DNA of 45,384 nt from Stramenopiles sp. TOSAG23-2 (lineage: Eukaryota): contig LT649288.1 of the NCBI GenBank assembly GCA_900128395.1, forward strand, positions 1 through 45,384, given 5' to 3'. Positions 12,625 to 22,805 of this stretch are shown here, piece by piece. The notes below the pieces were generated by a model that saw nothing but the letters and a program-made list of their open reading frames with translations, was not told where the DNA came from and searched no databases. A program made the translations under genes and the position numbers. Numbering within the stretch: the first letter of the stretch is position 1; each line of letters begins with the position of its first letter.

Positions 12625-12767
12625 CCTCACTTTCTCTTTTTTTTTTTTGACGTATTATTATATAATATAAATATTATAATAACTTATCTGTTATCAATTT
12701 TTGCCGTTCAGTCTTTTTTTATATATATTTCGCGCAATAATAATTATTATAATATATACTCGTATTA

Positions 12768-12995
12768 TTAAAATATTAATTTTTGTTTAACATCATCTAG
12801 ATCCCTTATATTATATCTATTTGAATCGGTATTGGTTTTCCTTGGTTTACGTTTGCGTGCAGGTGCCCAAATAGATTTTGGATTATTAGTTATAGTTGCA
12901 GTTGTATTGACTTGATTCAATGGTGGTGAAATGGCTCTTATTCTATTATTATTATTGTACTGATTATTCCTATTATTAATTTCTTTTCCACTCAT
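12768..12995 (-). CDS. 75-aa microprotein with a basic cluster and C-terminal KxLxF
   Basis: ATG-TAA ORF with coding-like composition between AT-rich spacers; ISPP, APARKRKPRK, VKQKLIF-stop. Confidence 0.6.
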   Translation of the reverse strand: MSGKEINNRNNQYNNNNRIRAISPPLNQVNTTATITNNPKSIWAPARKRKPRKTNTDSNRYNIRDLDDVKQKLIF

Positions 12996-13522
12996 ATATG
13001 ATATGTAATAAAATAGTTTTTCTCTATATATATCTATATGTGTCTACGTATATATATATCTTAATAATAATAATAAATGGAACAAATCGGTTTGTTTCTT
13101 GTATACTATTTGTTTTATGTGTTATATCAAATGTATATAGTTGCACTTTGTTGAACTATACATGTATATTATTAGAGTCTTCGATAGTGTTTTGATAAGT
13201 GCACAAGTACAAAAACAAGTGAAAAAAATTGAAAAAAAAACGGACTAAAAATTGTAAAAAAAAAAAAAAAAATGCTGGAAAAATAATATTAATAACACTG
13301 TGCAGCACTGCACACCATAGTAATAGTTATAGTGTAGAGTTATTCGTAGTCTAACTTCGTACAGAATAGCACAACACAAAAACGTTAGAATATTTTTATA
13401 TATATATCAATTATAACAATGTACACATTAACATTCATTACAGAAAAAAGAAGAAGCGAGAGCGATGATGAATACAAACAAATAATACATCTATCGATTG
13501 AACCCCTAAAAAAAGAATAACT

Positions 13523-14260
13523 ATGGAAACAATCAATTCACCAATTAAAAACCGTGTATTGTATACAAAGAAAACATCGGAGACGATTGTAGAAACGGCA
13601 GATCCATATACAAAAACTATACATCTTTTAGCAACACCAAATAATAATAATAACAATATAAATAGACAAAATAAATATGATATTAACAATCGTATGCATG
13701 TAAAGGAAAGATTAATGGATAAATTTTCATTGACTGGTTTAATTCATTGGAAAGATTTAAATACGGTATGTGAATGGTTGGAATATCCATTGTGTTCATT
13801 TGAATTGAATGATGCTATGAAAACATTAAGTTTCGATAAAAATGGGAATGTACCATTAGAAAGTGTTGTCGAATGGTTTTTAAATTTGGAAAAATTAACT
13901 GTAGCAAACATAGTAGATGGAAGCAATGATAATAATAGCATTATCCCACCACCACCATTATCGAATAGTAAAAATGGAGATCCAGTACAATTACAAAATT
14001 ATATACATGAATTGCAATCATCATGTACAGCAATGGATGGTGATATTGCACATTTAGAATTGTTAAAAAAATTATCATTTCATCAAATGGAAGAATTAAA
14101 AGAGAAATTAAATCAATCCTTTATAAAATCGTATGAATTATATGATGAAATTGAAGAGATTGATCAAATATTAAAAAAAAATGAAAAAGATTTTGGTGTT
14201 ATTGTAGGCGGAACGAAAGGATTAACCAATGTTTTGAAAGGGTTTCTTGTGAAGAAGTGA
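13523..14260 (+). CDS. EF-hand-like plus coiled-coil protein; N-terminus may extend to ATG 13419 across an A-run frameshift
   Basis: ELNDAMKTLSFDKNGNVPLESVVEWF resembles a degenerate EF-hand; C-terminal heptads. Confidence 0.7.
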   Translation: METINSPIKNRVLYTKKTSETIVETADPYTKTIHLLATPNNNNNNINRQNKYDINNRMHVKERLMDKFSLTGLIHWKDLNTVCEWLEYPLCSFELNDAMKTLSFDKNGNVPLESVVEWFLNLEKLTVANIVDGSNDNNSIIPPPPLSNSKNGDPVQLQNYIHELQSSCTAMDGDIAHLELLKKLSFHQMEELKEKLNQSFIKSYELYDEIEEIDQILKKNEKDFGVIVGGTKGLTNVLKGFLVKK

Positions 14261-14652
14261 AGTCTCCTCTGAAATTAAAATATATTATTTTTCTTATTAT
14301 ATAAGATTCGTATATTTTTTATTAAAACAATTGTTATATAAAAATTTATTCTTGTGAGTAGGAATTATCACGAGTAAAAAGTTTAAAAATTCGCGTATCA
14401 ACAAGATTATAATTTAATGTACACAGCAGATTATATTATTTATTTTATTAATGCACAGCATATTTTAAACTCTTTAAAAAATGCGAAAAAAATTACACAA
14501 ACTCCAATACAAATTTTCCATTCTCTCTTTTTTCCAAAACACCACTCTTTTATTGTATTTCGTACCTTTCTTAGTACGCTTTCATATATACAAGCCAGAC
14601 TTTTGTCCCCACCACCATCTCTCGATTTTCCAGCTTTCGTCATGTTACGATT

Positions 14653-16434
14653 TTAATCATCATTTTTTTTTTTGGGTGGATCTACTATTCCATTGTATAC
14701 ATCTTCCCAATTTATATTTTCAAAATATTCATGTTCCATTAAACTTTCAACAGTCAATCTATTTACTGGATTTCGTCGTAGTAATCGTATAATCATATCT
14801 TTTATTATTGGTAAATAATATGCTGCATCTTCTTCTATTTTATTACCCTTCTTCTTCTCCTTACTTTTTTTACGATTATTTGTACTCATCCTCATCGTCT
14901 TATCATTATTATTATTATCATCATCATAATCAAATGAATCATAAAAATCTTGATCGCCATGTTCTTTTTGTTGCGATTGTCGTTGCTGTGTTATTAAATC
15001 ACTAACAGATCGTCTAACTCTACGTTTTCCACTTTCAACGTTTTTTGTATAATTCCCATTATTATTATTGTTGTTATCTTCTTCTTCATACATTTTTTTT
15101 AATTTTGGAAATCGTAAATTTACACCACAAATTCTTTGATACAAATCACGCCTTGAGGTGCCACGAAAAGGAACATGTCCAAAATACATTTCATAAATCA
15201 TTATTCCTAAACTCCATGAATCAATGACTGTCCCATGATCTCGTCTTAAAATGACTTCAGGTGCTACATATTTTGGAGTGCCACGAAAACTACGCCCAGC
15301 TCCAGTCAATTGGCCAACATTTGACATTGATAAACCAAAATCACATAATAACAAATGGCCGGTTTCATCTATTAAAACATTTTCTGGTTTTAAATCATGA
15401 TATACAACTTTTTTATCGTGTAAATATTTCAATGCACTAACTATTTCAGTTATGTAAAAACGTGCTAATTTATGTGGCATTTGCCCACGAACATCGTTAC
15501 GACTTCGAACGCGATATATGATATCATCATCATCTTCATCTATTTGTGTATCGTGATAATTTCTCATGCAATTCCGTAAACTACCACCAGCAGCAAATGG
15601 TAAAACATAACATCGTTCCTCATATGTAACAAATGAATGTAATAAAGGACATATGAAAGGATGATCTAATGATGCATGTAACTCTTTTTCAAAACTTTCT
15701 ATATACCATGAACGTGGTGTTTTTCTTTTTATAATTTTCAATGCATAATGAACACCAGTCACTTTATGTTGGAGTAATATAACTGTTGATGAATGACCAC
15801 GCCCAACAACACCCGCATATTCATAATCATCCAATTCAACAACAGCATCATTTAAACCTAATACAGTTGCACGTGTCGAAGTAGTCTTAGATGAATTGCT
15901 ACCAACGGATGACCAACTTGATGTAGCAGATGGTGCAAATGACACGGTAGATGATGTGCTGCTGTTATTATTACTATTACGACGTTTTATTGAATGGGAT
16001 GATGATGATGATGTTTTTTTTGATAAATATAATTGATTCTTATTGTTTCCACCATCTTCATTTTTTTTCTTATATACATTTGGAAAATGTTTTTCTAGTG
16101 CTTTACTCATAGTGGTTTGATTATTATTATTATTTTCATCTTTTGAAATAATAGTTGGTGTAGGTGATTTCGGTATATTATTTATATTATTATCAGTAGT
16201 ATTTACATGTTTTGATTTACGATAATTTGCTAATTCTTCTTCTTCACTGGGTTCAATACTAGTAGAGGCATTATTATTATTATTATTATTATTAGTTGTA
16301 TTATATTGTTCGTTTTTTATTTCAATATTTCTATGATTATTATTATCTATAGGTTTGGCATTACCACGAATAGCACTACTAAACTGTCCAACACCAGATA
16401 CTAATTTTCTTATATCACTGAATAATGATACCAT
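14653..16434 (-). CDS. AGC-like Ser/Thr protein kinase (S6K/PKB-like, divergent)
   Basis: GRGHSSTV, YALK, HPFI, YHDLKPEN, DFG, GTPKYVAPE, DSWSLG, YFENINWED. Confidence 0.92.
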   Translation of the reverse strand: MVSLFSDIRKLVSGVGQFSSAIRGNAKPIDNNNHRNIEIKNEQYNTTNNNNNNNNASTSIEPSEEEELANYRKSKHVNTTDNNINNIPKSPTPTIISKDENNNNNQTTMSKALEKHFPNVYKKKNEDGGNNKNQLYLSKKTSSSSSHSIKRRNSNNNSSTSSTVSFAPSATSSWSSVGSNSSKTTSTRATVLGLNDAVVELDDYEYAGVVGRGHSSTVILLQHKVTGVHYALKIIKRKTPRSWYIESFEKELHASLDHPFICPLLHSFVTYEERCYVLPFAAGGSLRNCMRNYHDTQIDEDDDDIIYRVRSRNDVRGQMPHKLARFYITEIVSALKYLHDKKVVYHDLKPENVLIDETGHLLLCDFGLSMSNVGQLTGAGRSFRGTPKYVAPEVILRRDHGTVIDSWSLGIMIYEMYFGHVPFRGTSRRDLYQRICGVNLRFPKLKKMYEEEDNNNNNNGNYTKNVESGKRRVRRSVSDLITQQRQSQQKEHGDQDFYDSFDYDDDNNNNDKTMRMSTNNRKKSKEKKKGNKIEEDAAYYLPIIKDMIIRLLRRNPVNRLTVESLMEHEYFENINWEDVYNGIVDPPKKKNDD

Positions 16435-16688
16435 GGTTTATATCTATATATATATATATATATCTGTATCTCTATATCTCTACAATTGTACTTCTCAGTA
16501 TATCTTCCTCCAGTATCTATAGTATTTTCAATGTACACTTTCCATTTGTTGTTGTTGTTGTTGTACAAATCAAATATATGTGTATAAATCAACTATTGTA
16601 ATTGTATTCTTCGTACGTTAGTTTTTGGTAAAGTGTAATATTATTGACGTCGTGTGCGTGTGCGTGTGTGTTTTAAGTAATAATTTAT

Positions 16689-17072
16689 GGTGCAAAAGAC
16701 GTTTAAAAACAATGCTATTCAATGCTATTTTTATATTTATATTTTTGATATTCTAATTACCCGTTGAAGTATAATTTATGATATTTTGATAGGTATTCAT
16801 AAAAACAATGCTATTCAGTGTTATTTTTATATTTATATTTTTTTGATATTCTAATTACCCGTTGAAGTATAATTTATGATATTTTGATAGGTATTTATAT
16901 GATTTCCAATTTTCACATTTTCACACATTTCTTCCTGAAAATGGTAAATATTTCCGCAAAAATGATTGATTTTTTACCTCATTTCATACTTTCCAATCAA
17001 AATTTATAGTCTATCACGTATAAATGTTAAAATAGCATTGAATAGCACTGTTTTTACATACGTCTTTTTACC
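16689..17072. mobile_element. MITE-like non-autonomous element with about 50-bp imperfect terminal inverted repeats
   Basis: Left GGTGCAAAAGACGTTTAAAAACAATGCTATTCAATGCTATTTT vs reverse complement of the right end GGTAAAAAGACGTATGTAAAAACAGTGCTATTCAATGCTATTTT; no ORF; internal ~96-bp direct duplication; no clean TSD. Confidence 0.6.
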
Positions 17073-17407
17073 TACTAAACGACTGGCATCATGATGAAAA
17101 AAAGCAAAAAAAAAAATTATCCTTTTTTTTTGTAGTTGTGTAGGTTATTACTGGCAACACTGTATTAGTATGCCAGTATGCCAATAAATACTGAATAATT
17201 TAAATTGAAGTAAAACAAGAAGATTTTTATGACTAGTTTTGTATACAACGCTCATCTACATTAAAGAGGAATAAATATTTCAAAATATATATGAAAAAAA
17301 TGTATTCTACATTTTATACCTTGAGAAGAATATATATATAATTTTTCAATCTCAGTGTTACATACACTCCTATTATAGTAAAACAATAATTACATATGGT
17401 GTGTTCT

Positions 17408-17800
17408 TTAAAAATCTTCATGGACACGATTTCCAGTATAAATTTCACCATCAACTGCAAATTCTCTTACTTCTTCCAATACATGTAACATATCTTCACG
17501 TTTTGGTGAATCCATATATGCTTTGAAGTTATCAAGACCATCAAATACTGCAGATACTTCATAGGCCCATTCCGTTTTACATACATGGCGTGTAATTTTT
17601 GCAAAGCCTTCAAATTCAGACAAATTTTCAACCATTGGCCTTAAGATTTCATCCACTTTTTCTGCTTCTGGTTCACCTGCTACTTTCATCCGTATAACAC
17701 GTGCAACTGAATTAACTGGTATGGTCATCGAGCGTGTAAATTGTTTCGAGACAATTTTATTATGACTACATGTACGTACAGTTCTTAATAATGAATTCAT
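17408..17800 (-). CDS. small putative mitochondrial protein, dimeric alpha+beta barrel (ABM-like) fold
   Basis: Arg/Ser/Thr-rich, acid-free N-terminus (presequence-like); EGF...R...YEVSAVFDGLDNFKAYMDSP pattern. Confidence 0.7.
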   Translation of the reverse strand: MNSLLRTVRTCSHNKIVSKQFTRSMTIPVNSVARVIRMKVAGEPEAEKVDEILRPMVENLSEFEGFAKITRHVCKTEWAYEVSAVFDGLDNFKAYMDSPKREDMLHVLEEVREFAVDGEIYTGNRVHEDF

Positions 17801-18099
17801 CTTGGTTTAATGTTGTTTTTTTTGTATTTCTTTGTTATTGTTTTTATCGTTTGTTTGTTTTTATCTTTTCCTCTCTTTTCCTATATATATATATGTTATT
17901 ATCTATTTATATGAGGGTATTTTGCAATTACAATATAAGAATAAATATTTATTCATTTTTTTTTTTAGATCTTCTTCTAGGCACCTCCTACAGTGTATTG
18001 ATTTCTGCATGGTTGCCTGATGGGTTGCCAGTTGCCATGCTATGCACCTATCCTACTCGGTCCCTACACCTATCCTATCATTGAAATATTGAAATCTTC

Positions 18100-18341
18100 A
18101 AATCAATATCCTATTAATGACTCATATTGACAATTTATACTTGAAAGGGTAAATTAGAATTTTTATCAATTATCCTATCAAATGATACATAATTTATACT
18201 TGAAAGGGTAAATTACATTATCAAAACATACAAAAAATACAAAAATACTAAAAATATCTAAAATCTAAAATCTAGTATCTACTACTCATCTCGATTTCCA
18301 CCTCAAATGTCTATAATTTATACTTGAAATGGAATTAGAAT
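18100..18341. repeat. degenerate ~60-bp repeat, three copies of core AATTTATACTTGAAA
   Basis: Cores at 18132, 18191 and 18315; first two share AATTTATACTTGAAAGGGTAAATTA; TATCCTAT also recurs. Confidence 0.75.
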
Positions 18342-18728
18342 ACTGCAAGAGGCACACTTTTTATTTTTCCACTCCAACAATTTTGGATCGAAAATTGAAT
18401 AAATTAATTAAAATAGATTTAGATTATTATAAATATCATAGTTACTAGTTGGATATTATACATTCTGCAAACGCTTGGAAAAAATAGAAAAGAACAGAAA
18501 TATATATATATATATTATTATTATTCTGTACTTTGTACATATATACATAACGAATTAGTATATATATACACACATATATATAGGATATATATATATATAT
18601 ATATATATTATTATTTGAGTCATTTTTTTTTTCATTTTTTTTAGAAATTAAACAACTAAAAAAAGAGTAAAGATATTGTGCAATAAAATATTAAAAAAAC
18701 AAAACAAAACAAAAAACATAAAATAAAC

Positions 18729-19862
18729 ATGTCTACATTCGTTGCAGAAGATGATTTATTAGCACCATCAATATCATGCCATTCCTTCAATTGGGATCGT
18801 TCCATGTGTGCCGTATCACCAAATTCAAATGAATGTGTTATTTATTCCAATTGTAAAGATCAAGACATGGCAAAATGGAATGAAGCATATAGGTTAAGTG
18901 AGCATACTATGACCATATCTGCTATTGATTGGTCACCAACAACAAATAAAATTGTGACTTGTTCCCATGACCGAAATGCATTCGTATGGACATACGATGA
19001 TGAAAAAGGCGATTGGAAACAAAGTTTAGTTATTTTACGTATCAACCGTGCCGCAACGTATTGCAAATGGAGCCCAGATGGTTCAAAATTTGCAACTGCA
19101 TCTGGTTCCAAAGCAGTACCAGTATGTCATTTTGAAGAAGAAAATGATTGGTGGATCAGTAAAATGATTAAAAAACATAAAAGTACGGTTTTATGTGTAG
19201 ATTGGCATCCAAATAATCAAGTGATTGTTACCGGCTCATGCGATTTTAAATGTCGCGTATTTAGTGCGTTTGTATTTAAAGTGGATAAACCAGATCCAAA
19301 TGGTATCTTTGGTGATTTGACGGATACGTTTGGGGAATTACTTGCTGAATTCGATGCTGCTCATGGTTGGGTCACAAGTGTTGCATGGTCACCAGAAGGT
19401 AATCGTTTAGCATTTTCCGGGCATGATTCCACAGTTAGTTTCGTTCATTTTTTCGCTGGTGAAGATGCAGAGCAACCAACCGTACAAACATTGAAATTAA
19501 AAGGCTTACCAGTGAATAATTTATTATTTTGTAATAATAATAAATTAATTGCAGCTGGTCATGATATGACACCAATAATATTTGATGCCAATGGTGATAC
19601 ATGGAGTCAAGGTGCGATAGTTGATAAAAAAGATGGTGGTGAGAAGAAAGAAAAGAAAAAAGAAACAAACTTCAGTGCAGCTAGAAATATGTTTGGTGCA
19701 CGAGTCAATCGTAAAAGTGCAAAAGGTGGTGGTAAAAATTCATGTAAAACGAAACATAAAGGTGCAATTACTGATATGAATGCATTATCTGAAAATGGTA
19801 GTGAAGTGAAAAAAATAGCAACATCAAGTGTTGATGGTAGAATGATTTTCTGGGATGTATAA
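18729..19862 (+). CDS. ARPC1: Arp2/3 complex subunit 1 (p41, WD40)
   Basis: IVTCSHDRNAFVW, LVILRINRAAT, CHFEEENDWWISKMIKK, GSCDFKCRVFSA, terminal IFWDV. Confidence 0.97.
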   Translation: MSTFVAEDDLLAPSISCHSFNWDRSMCAVSPNSNECVIYSNCKDQDMAKWNEAYRLSEHTMTISAIDWSPTTNKIVTCSHDRNAFVWTYDDEKGDWKQSLVILRINRAATYCKWSPDGSKFATASGSKAVPVCHFEEENDWWISKMIKKHKSTVLCVDWHPNNQVIVTGSCDFKCRVFSAFVFKVDKPDPNGIFGDLTDTFGELLAEFDAAHGWVTSVAWSPEGNRLAFSGHDSTVSFVHFFAGEDAEQPTVQTLKLKGLPVNNLLFCNNNKLIAAGHDMTPIIFDANGDTWSQGAIVDKKDGGEKKEKKKETNFSAARNMFGARVNRKSAKGGGKNSCKTKHKGAITDMNALSENGSEVKKIATSSVDGRMIFWDV

Positions 19863-20526
19863 AAAAAAAATATAATATATACGAAGTATGTGATAGCCGC
19901 GCGACGTAATATCATAAATATATATATATATATATGTATATATATGTATATGTGTGTATAGAGTGTATTACTTATAATGTATAGAAATTATTTACTATTC
20001 GTAAGGTAGAGAGAGAGGAGTGTAGAGCGTGAGTAGATTGTTTATTTATAAAAATAAATTGTTTTTACGAATTCGTATGATACGAGTATAAATTTAAATA
20101 TGATATGATAACAAAGAAAAAAAAAACTCTTCTTAATTTTTTCTATGCACCTATTTTTTTAAAATTTTTTAAAAAATACGAAGGCCGAGTTCGTATTTTT
20201 TAAATTTGTGTTTGATCTCTCCGTATTATTTATTTTTCTAACTCTCCATTTTTTATATTTTTAATTTAATTATAGTAATATCATTTTATACATTTCATGT
20301 ACGAATATATATAATATCCTTTTTTGCTTGTTGATTTTGCATCTCTCGTTGTTTTTTAATTTTTTTATTGAATATTTCATTATTATTATGTATTGTCTTA
20401 CATTTTTACATCCATTTACATTAAATAAATGCTTTAGTTAAACGTCTGTCATTATATTTTATATATATTAATATATATATGATTATTTATATATATAATA
20501 CATATATATATTAACACCGTATATAT

Positions 20527-22080
20527 TTATCTTTGTGATTTTTTAACATTTGCTGAACGTTTCATAGAATGTGCCATAGCACTTTTTCTGCTTGTACGAT
20601 ATGTATTGTATGATTGTTCATAATCTTCATTACATCTTTGCAATTGATGCGACATTGCTTTTGATTTTGCAGAATATTGTTGAGTATTCCAGCTATTTCT
20701 AGTTGCCATTGCTTTTTTTGTATCATTTAAATCTTTTACCAATGCTTGTAATGCTTCCATATCGTCAACTTTATTTTTATTTTCCTTTGCAAATTTTAAT
20801 CCTTGTTCAAGAATTTCTTTTGCTTCTTTGAATTTATATTTATCTGCTAATTTATTTGCTTCCGATAATGCTTTACCAATAACTGCACGTACAACTTGTG
20901 ACGATACACTTTTATTAGTTAAATTTGCATTTACCTCGTTATCTTCAACACGATTCACTGTACATGTTACTTCCGATTCACTCATGCTTTCATTAATTGC
21001 ATCTAAATATTTTAATTTAAATGTAACAAGTGGAGCATTTGTTTCTGGGCAACGACATGGATCAACATCAATTTTAAAAATCGTATCCCGTCTTTCACCA
21101 GCATACATATCACCAAATGAAATACGATATATACCATCTTCAGAAATTTTTACTTCACGATTTTCTTCAAAGCAATTATTAATAGTTACTCCTTCAACGG
21201 CTGGCCTTGCTTCTAATACAATATTTTGAGCAACTACGGACATGATTCCACCTAAACAATCACCAATTGCAGAGGAAACATTATCTTCCTTATCAACGAA
21301 ATAATATGCACCACCATCAGATTGTTGTGCTAGTTGTTGCAAACCATTCACATTATGGTTTGCACCATAGCCATAGGTAAATAAACTGATAGAAGTTCCT
21401 GCTAATTCATTTTTCACAATATTAGCTAATTTAGACATATCACGTACACCATGATTCGCATGTCCATCAGTTAATAAAATACATGCTTTTACTACATTGT
21501 TTTTTACATTCGATTGTTTTAAGACACCAATTGCATCCATTAATCCACCTGATAAATTTGTGGAACTACCAGCTTTGACATTCTTAATAACCGCTTCAAC
21601 GTTTTGTTTATTTTGACTTGTCATTTCAGATAATTGAAATATTTGCTTAACATCGGTATCAAATGTAGTAATTGAAAGTTTATCTTTTGGTAATAGATAT
21701 TTCGAAAGCAACTCAATAGTTTCTTTGCATAATTGAATCTTTTCACCGTGCATCGAACCACTTACATCAAGTGCGATTGCAATTTCAACTGGCAATCTTT
21801 CATCTTCTTTTCCAGTTTCTTCAACTGCACGTATGGATGAAGCAATATTTAAATGCTTATTTGCATTGCAATCAATATTTATACGTTCACTTTGTCCAAA
21901 CAATTGCAATGTTTGTATTGCATCTGGATTAAATGCTTTTTTTTTACCACCACCTGGAAGATTCGCATCCATTTTTTTATCATGATTATTATTATTATTA
22001 TTATTGTTGTTGTTATTGCGGGATGGGGTTGGTGCATCTTTCTTCGATGACGAGGAAAATAAATTCAATAATGAAGCCAT
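20527..22080 (-). CDS. von Willebrand factor A domain protein with a Vwaint-like C-terminus
   Basis: MIDAS motif DVSGSM, TNLSGGL, ILLTDG, YGYG; C-terminal SHQLQR...YRT. Confidence 0.9.
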   Translation of the reverse strand: MASLLNLFSSSSKKDAPTPSRNNNNNNNNNNNHDKKMDANLPGGGKKKAFNPDAIQTLQLFGQSERINIDCNANKHLNIASSIRAVEETGKEDERLPVEIAIALDVSGSMHGEKIQLCKETIELLSKYLLPKDKLSITTFDTDVKQIFQLSEMTSQNKQNVEAVIKNVKAGSSTNLSGGLMDAIGVLKQSNVKNNVVKACILLTDGHANHGVRDMSKLANIVKNELAGTSISLFTYGYGANHNVNGLQQLAQQSDGGAYYFVDKEDNVSSAIGDCLGGIMSVVAQNIVLEARPAVEGVTINNCFEENREVKISEDGIYRISFGDMYAGERRDTIFKIDVDPCRCPETNAPLVTFKLKYLDAINESMSESEVTCTVNRVEDNEVNANLTNKSVSSQVVRAVIGKALSEANKLADKYKFKEAKEILEQGLKFAKENKNKVDDMEALQALVKDLNDTKKAMATRNSWNTQQYSAKSKAMSHQLQRCNEDYEQSYNTYRTSRKSAMAHSMKRSANVKKSQR

Positions 22081-22158
22081 ATTTTTTTTAATTTTGTATT
22101 TTTCTATATTTTTGTTTTCGTATATAATATATTATAAAAAGTTTCTTTTATATATGTA

Positions 22159-22189
<31 letters not shown>

Positions 22190-22805
22190 GTTTTGTTTTA
22201 ATTATTATTTGTTTTGTATTTTGTTTTTACTTTATTATATATATTCTTTTTTGTCTTTTTGTCTTTCGTATATGTATATCTATATATCTATCTTTTGTTT
22301 TTATCTTCACAATATATGTAATAGTATATAGTGTTATAGTGGTGTTATAGTGTGGTGTTGTTGTGCGATATTTTATTAATTTGTTGAGCGTATATAGTAG
22401 AGGTCATTTTTATGCGTATTTACCGGCTAGCAGGAAAACCTTATTATAACCTGGAAAACCAAAATGTTGGTTGTTTTTATTAACCTGCTGTGATGCTGGT
22501 GTGCAATCTAAATCCTGGCCTGTTTTATGTGTTGCGGAATATAGAAAAGAAAAAAGAAGGCACTTTTAACTTGATTTCATTGATGGGATCTAGAAGTACT
22601 CTGGACACAGTACCCTGACAAGGAAAACTAATCTAGAAGTATTAGGAAAACGGAGATTTATAGACCTGTAAGATCTCTGGTGTCAAGAGAAATCATATCA
22701 TATATATATCATATCGCATCATACTTTCTGCACTTCTCGTTCATAAAATACTAAAATACGAATATATGATACAACACATTTTTACACATCATGTTTTAAT
22801 TTTTT

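Noticed and set aside
14440-14652. In-frame ORF after the kinase TAA (possible readthrough)
   Set aside because: No AGC C-terminal motifs; in-frame continuation is expected by chance
18012-18039. GTTGCC repeats as RFX X-boxes
   Set aside because: Only half-sites in direct orientation, no full palindrome, and no evidence for RFX in this lineage
18132-18329. CRISPR-like look: 25-bp repeat containing TTGAAAG with a 34-nt gap
   Set aside because: The intervening sequences are themselves related, spacing is irregular, there are no cas genes and the context is eukaryotic
22545-22690. Other odd-composition spacers as further complemented blocks
   Set aside because: Complementing or reversing this segment and 8690-8995 by eye gave no match to neighbouring sequence and no convincing ORF
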